Shown: piece by piece, positions 60,037 to 64,000 of the stretch
How the letters are laid out: every line of letters begins with the position of its first letter
Position numbering within the stretch: the first letter of the stretch is position 1
Assembly: GCA_963818475.1 (NCBI GenBank)
Contig: CAWFSF010000002.1
Coordinates: 416,001 to 480,000, forward strand
Direction of reading: 5' to 3'
Length of the DNA: 64,000 nucleotides
Source of the DNA: Nitrospirota bacterium
GTDB taxonomy: Bacteria; Nitrospirota; UBA9217
Translations under genes and position numbers: made by a program
Notes under the pieces: generated by a model
Database searches by the model: none
The model's input: only the letters and a program-made list of their open reading frames with translations
What the model was told of the DNA's origin: nothing

Positions 60037-60993
60037 CTAAATCTTTTTCATTCTCCGGGTCCGGTGCCGGTATTTTCTGACCGGTGGCTCCTGGAAGGAG
60101 ATCTCGAGGTCCGGATTCATTCCAAGCTCGGCCAGCGTCTGGGTGCTCTCCCAGAGCCGGAACCGTGATGCTGCCCCGAGAACCACGGTATAGATGAGGC
60201 CCTTCTCCGTATCCATGGCGCCTACAAAGCAATGCCGTGCGCTGCTCGTGAATCCCGTCTTGCCGCCGACCATATTGCTCCGGTACCACAGCATATCGTC
60301 CGAATTTTCCAGATAGAGCTCCCTGCCCGCTGTTGTCGTGATCTGCCACTCTTTTTTTCCAAGGATCTCTTTGATCAGCGGATAGGTGAGGGCCTGTTTC
60401 AGGATAACGACCAGATCGCGGGCGGTCGTATATTGATTGCCTTTGGGCAGCCCCGAGGCGGTAACGAAATGCGTATCGCAGGCCCCTATCTCCTCAGCCT
60501 TCTGGTTCATCAACGCCACAAAGGCATCCTCCGAACCGGCAGCCTCTTCGGCCAGCGCCACGGCCGCGCCGTTGATCGATTTCATGAGCGCGAGGTGGAG
60601 AAGATCGGACACCATCAGTTCATCGTCCGCTTTCAGCCTGGGTTTGATGGAGCGCGTTGCAGCCGCCGTACGGCTCACCCTCACCGGCGCTTCCGGCGCA
60701 AGGCGGTCCAGGGCCACCATGGCGGTCACCAGCTTTACCGTGCTGGCAGGCGGCAGTTTGGCTGAAGGGTTCTGGGCGTACAGGACGGATTCCTTATCAT
60801 CCATCACAAAGCACGCCCTGGCGGAAACGACCTGCGAAGAAGATGAAAAGGAAACGGCCGGCTGGGCGACTGCCAGCAGAAGAGCCACGCCCAACAGATA
60901 ACGGATGAATCGTTTCAATAGAGCTCCTGACGTGAATATTGGTGCGATATCGTGATATGTCCGCGTAATAGATAGGGTCCGCGCGGAAAGCAC
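60037..60993 (-). CDS. D-alanyl-D-alanine carboxypeptidase (peptidase S11)
   Basis: ASTVK, SIN, KTGFT; exact start uncertain. Confidence 0.88.
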   Translation of the reverse strand: MLSARTLSITRTYHDIAPIFTSGALLKRFIRYLLGVALLLAVAQPAVSFSSSSQVVSARACFVMDDKESVLYAQNPSAKLPPASTVKLVTAMVALDRLAPEAPVRVSRTAAATRSIKPRLKADDELMVSDLLHLALMKSINGAAVALAEEAAGSEDAFVALMNQKAEEIGACDTHFVTASGLPKGNQYTTARDLVVILKQALTYPLIKEILGKKEWQITTTAGRELYLENSDDMLWYRSNMVGGKTGFTSSARHCFVGAMDTEKGLIYTVVLGAASRFRLWESTQTLAELGMNPDLEISFQEPPVRKYRHRTRRMKKI

Positions 60994-61111
60994 GCAGCGA
61001 CCACATTATCAGGACTGGCCCGAAAAGTCAAACAGATAGACCAATAGATCCGCTTGACACCGGTTCCGGCAGCGCTACACTTGAAGCAGAACAACGAGGG
61101 AGGATACCACC

Positions 61112-63567
61112 GTGGACCTGCATAACCGTGAAGTGCCCTCCGCCGAACTCCGGCATGTCTGCGATCCCGCCGAATTCCCTTTTCAAACTACGGCAGAACT
61201 TGCTCCTTCCGATGAGGTCATCGGCCAGGAGCGCGCAGTGAAGGCCATCGAGTTCGGCCTCTCCATCACGAACCATGGCTACAACATCTTTGTGTCCGGC
61301 ATCCCGGGGACCGGCAAAAACTCCATTGTCAAGTCCATCGTACAGCGGATCTCCCGGGAGCTGCCCGTGCCGGACGACTGGTGCTACCTCAACAATTTCA
61401 AGGACCCCGATCGCCCGCGTGCCATCAAGCTCCCGCCGGGAAAAGGCGACGAGTTCCGGCGCGATACTGGAGAAGTTCATCGAGTTCATGCAGAGCGAGA
61501 TCCCCAAGGTCTTCGAATCCAAGGAATATGAGGAACAGAAGACCGGCATCACCGACGAGGCTGAGAAGGCAAAGGAAGTCCTGTTCAGCGATGCCGCCCG
61601 GCTCTCCCTCGAACTCGGATTTCAACTTACGATCACGCGCACCGGCATCGTCAAGGTCCCGATGTGGAAGGGCAAGCCGCTCACGCCCCAGGAGCTGGAG
61701 ACCCTTTCGCCGGAGCAGCGGCACGAGCTGGAGGAACACGAGAAAAAGGTGGACGCCGGGATCCGCGACTTTCTTTCCAAGGCGCGGCTGCTCGACAAGC
61801 AGGCGCACGAAAAGATCCATGAGCTGAACCGCCGGGTGGCGCACTTTTCCATGGGACACCAGCTCGACGACCTGAAGGAAAAGTACAGCGTCAACCCGCG
61901 CATTCCCGAATACCTCGCCGAAGTGGAAGAAGACATCCTGGGCAACCTGCGGGAGTTCCTGGGCCAGACGCAGGAGCTGCCGTTCCAGATCGAGGGCATG
62001 GACAAAGGGAGCTTTCTCGAGCGCTACAAGGTGAATCTCATCGTGGACAATGCCAGGACCAAAGGCGGGCCGCTCGTCGAGGAGGTCAATCCCACCTACA
62101 ACAACCTGGTCGGCCGCATCGAACGCAAGGCGCGGTTCGGCGCTTTCTTCACCAACTTCACCATGATCCGGTCCGGCTCGGTGCTCCAGGCCAACGGAGG
62201 CTACCTGCTCTTGAACGCCATTGACGTGCTCCGGAGCCCCTTTTCCTGGGACGCGCTTAAGCGGATCATCAAGCGGCAGGAAGTAAAGGTCGAGGACGTC
62301 ACCGAACTCTACGGTTTTGCCACCGGAGGCATCAAGCCCGAACCCATCCCGGTGTCGCTCAAGATCATCATGCTCGGCAGCCCCTGGCTCTATTACCTGC
62401 TCTACAATTACGACGAGGACTTCAGGGAGATCTTCAAGGTCAAGTCAGATTTCGACACCCAGACCCCGGGTTCAAAGGACGAAACCATGCGGTATGCGAA
62501 TTTCGTCGGCAGGATCGCAAAGAGCGACGGACTGCTCCCCTTTGACCGGAGCGCTGTTGCCGGCATCGTTGACCACGCCAAGCGCCTTGCCGAAAAAAAG
62601 AACAAGCTGTCGCTCCGCTTCAGCGAACTGTCGGACCTGGTGCGCGAGGCCTCGTACTGGGCAGGGAAAGCGGGGAGTTCCGTGGTGACCGATGGCCATG
62701 TGGATAAAGCGCTGGACCAGAAGATCTACCGGTCCGAATCTGCTCGATGAACGCATCCAGGAGCTGTTCACCGAGGGCACCCTGATGGTCGATGTCTCCG
62801 GCACAGCGATCGCGCAGGTGAACGGGTTGTCCATCTACGACATCGGCGATTTTTCCTTTGGAAAACCATCGCGCATCACCAGCCGCGTGTACCTCGGTAA
62901 AGCAGGCGTCGTCAACATCGAGCGCGAAGCCAAGCTCTCGGGCCGCATCTACAACAAAGGCGTGCTGATCCTGTCGGGCTATCTCGGCGGCGCCTTTGCC
63001 CGGGACAAAACGCTTTCGGTCTCGGCGACCCTTGCCTTTGAGCAAAGCTACGGCGAGATCGAGGGCGACAGCGCGTCAGCTGCCGAGCTGATCGCGCTGC
63101 TGTCGGGCATCGCCGAAGTGCCGGTCAGGCAGGACCTCGCCATCACCGGCTCGATCAACCAGAAGGGCGAGGTCCAGCCCATCGGCGGTGTGAACGAAAA
63201 GATCGAGGGATTTTTCAGTATTTGCAGGAACCGGGGATTGACCGGCGATCAGGGCGTGATCATTCCACAGCTTAATGTAAAGAACCTCATGCTGAAAAAG
63301 GACGTTGTCGAAGCGGTCAAGGAGGGTACGTTCCGGATCTATGCCGTCAGTACCGTGAATGAAGCGCTGGAGATCCTGACGGGCATGCCCGCAGGCGAGC
63401 GAAAGGAAGACGGCGCCTATCCCGAAGGTACAGTCAACTTTATGGTGGACAAGCGGCTTCGCGAGATGTCGAAGAAACTGAAGGCTGAAGACAAGGGAGA
63501 GGAGCAGAAAAAGAAGGAAGAAAATAATGATGCTGCTCCGAAGAAGGACCCGAGGCCGATGCCGTAG
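61112..63567 (+). CDS. Lon-like (LonB/LonC-type) ATP-dependent protease, two apparent frameshifts
   Basis: IGQERA, GIPGTGK, ANGGYL, EGDSAS, GGVNEKIEGF. Confidence 0.88.
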
Positions 63568-63762
63568 GACGGCACGGCAAAGGATCAGGGCAGCGTCCCC
63601 CTTTGTTACGCGGATTTATCCTCTACATTCTTCTCCATGACGATCAGTATGCAATTATCGGTTAAGGGCTCCCGCCTAATTTCTGTGTATCCCAGCTTTG
63701 TAACTATTCAGGTTGGCCGCGAAAGAACGCAAAGATCTCAAAAAATACAAACCGCTTCCCTT

Positions 63763-64000
63763 CTACTGTTCCTTCCCGCAGGCCTTGCAATACCTCCCGT
63801 ATACCGGCGTGGGCTGATCACAGGCGTTGCAGGTTTTGAACTGCGCAAACCCGCAGAACGGGCAGGCGTTCGATCCTGCGGGAAGATGCTTCCCGCACTG
63901 CTGGCACAAGCCTTTGGCGATCCGCCGCTCCATCAGCTTCTGCCGCGAAAAGAGCTTCTTCTGAAAAATGTAGATAACGAACAGTGCCGCCGCGACCGCG
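63763..64000 (-). CDS. Partial membrane protein with C-terminal double zinc ribbon
   Basis: Minus strand translates to ..LFVIYIFQKK..CQQC..CPFC..CNAC..CKAC-GKEQ*; runs off the window. Confidence 0.7.
   Translation of the reverse strand, partial: AVAAALFVIYIFQKKLFSRQKLMERRIAKGLCQQCGKHLPAGSNACPFCGFAQFKTCNACDQPTPVYGRYCKACGKEQ

Overview
GC-rich bacterial chromosomal window, most likely from an anaerobic Nitrospirota- or Desulfobacterota-like lineage (inference from gene content). It has four parts. (1) 1-7.1 kb: ftsK, uppP and housekeeping genes. (2) 7.1-21.5 kb, minus strand, the most notable part: a sigma54-promoted operon with the methanogen-type coenzyme M (CoM) biosynthesis pair (cysteate synthase and fused ComDE), an HdrE/HdrD-like pair, a corrinoid protein and its ASKHA activator, two Zn-motif MtaA/CmuA-type methyltransferases and an MtrH-like methyltransferase. 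metF lies directly upstream. This looks like a bacterial methyl-thiol/CoM transfer system with no Mcr in the window. (3) 22-31 kb, accessory region: an IS481/IS3-like element, dsbC, an integrase-less array of three integron cassettes with attC sites and a Pc-like promoter, a tandem IS1202-like dimer with three 16-bp direct repeats, and a duplicated promoter module. A sigma54 two-component pair, a signal-less solute-binding-fold protein and two tandem Cys/Trp-rich proteins follow. (4) 38-57.5 kb: a complete dcw cluster with a STAS gene between mraZ and rsmH, then an HNH protein, hydrolases and a Lon-like protease. Intergenic DNA carries several families of short palindromic or periodic repeats, some nested. 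Several genes appear leaderless. Frameshifts in ftsK, ftsQ, murG, the kinase and Lon are probably assembly indels.
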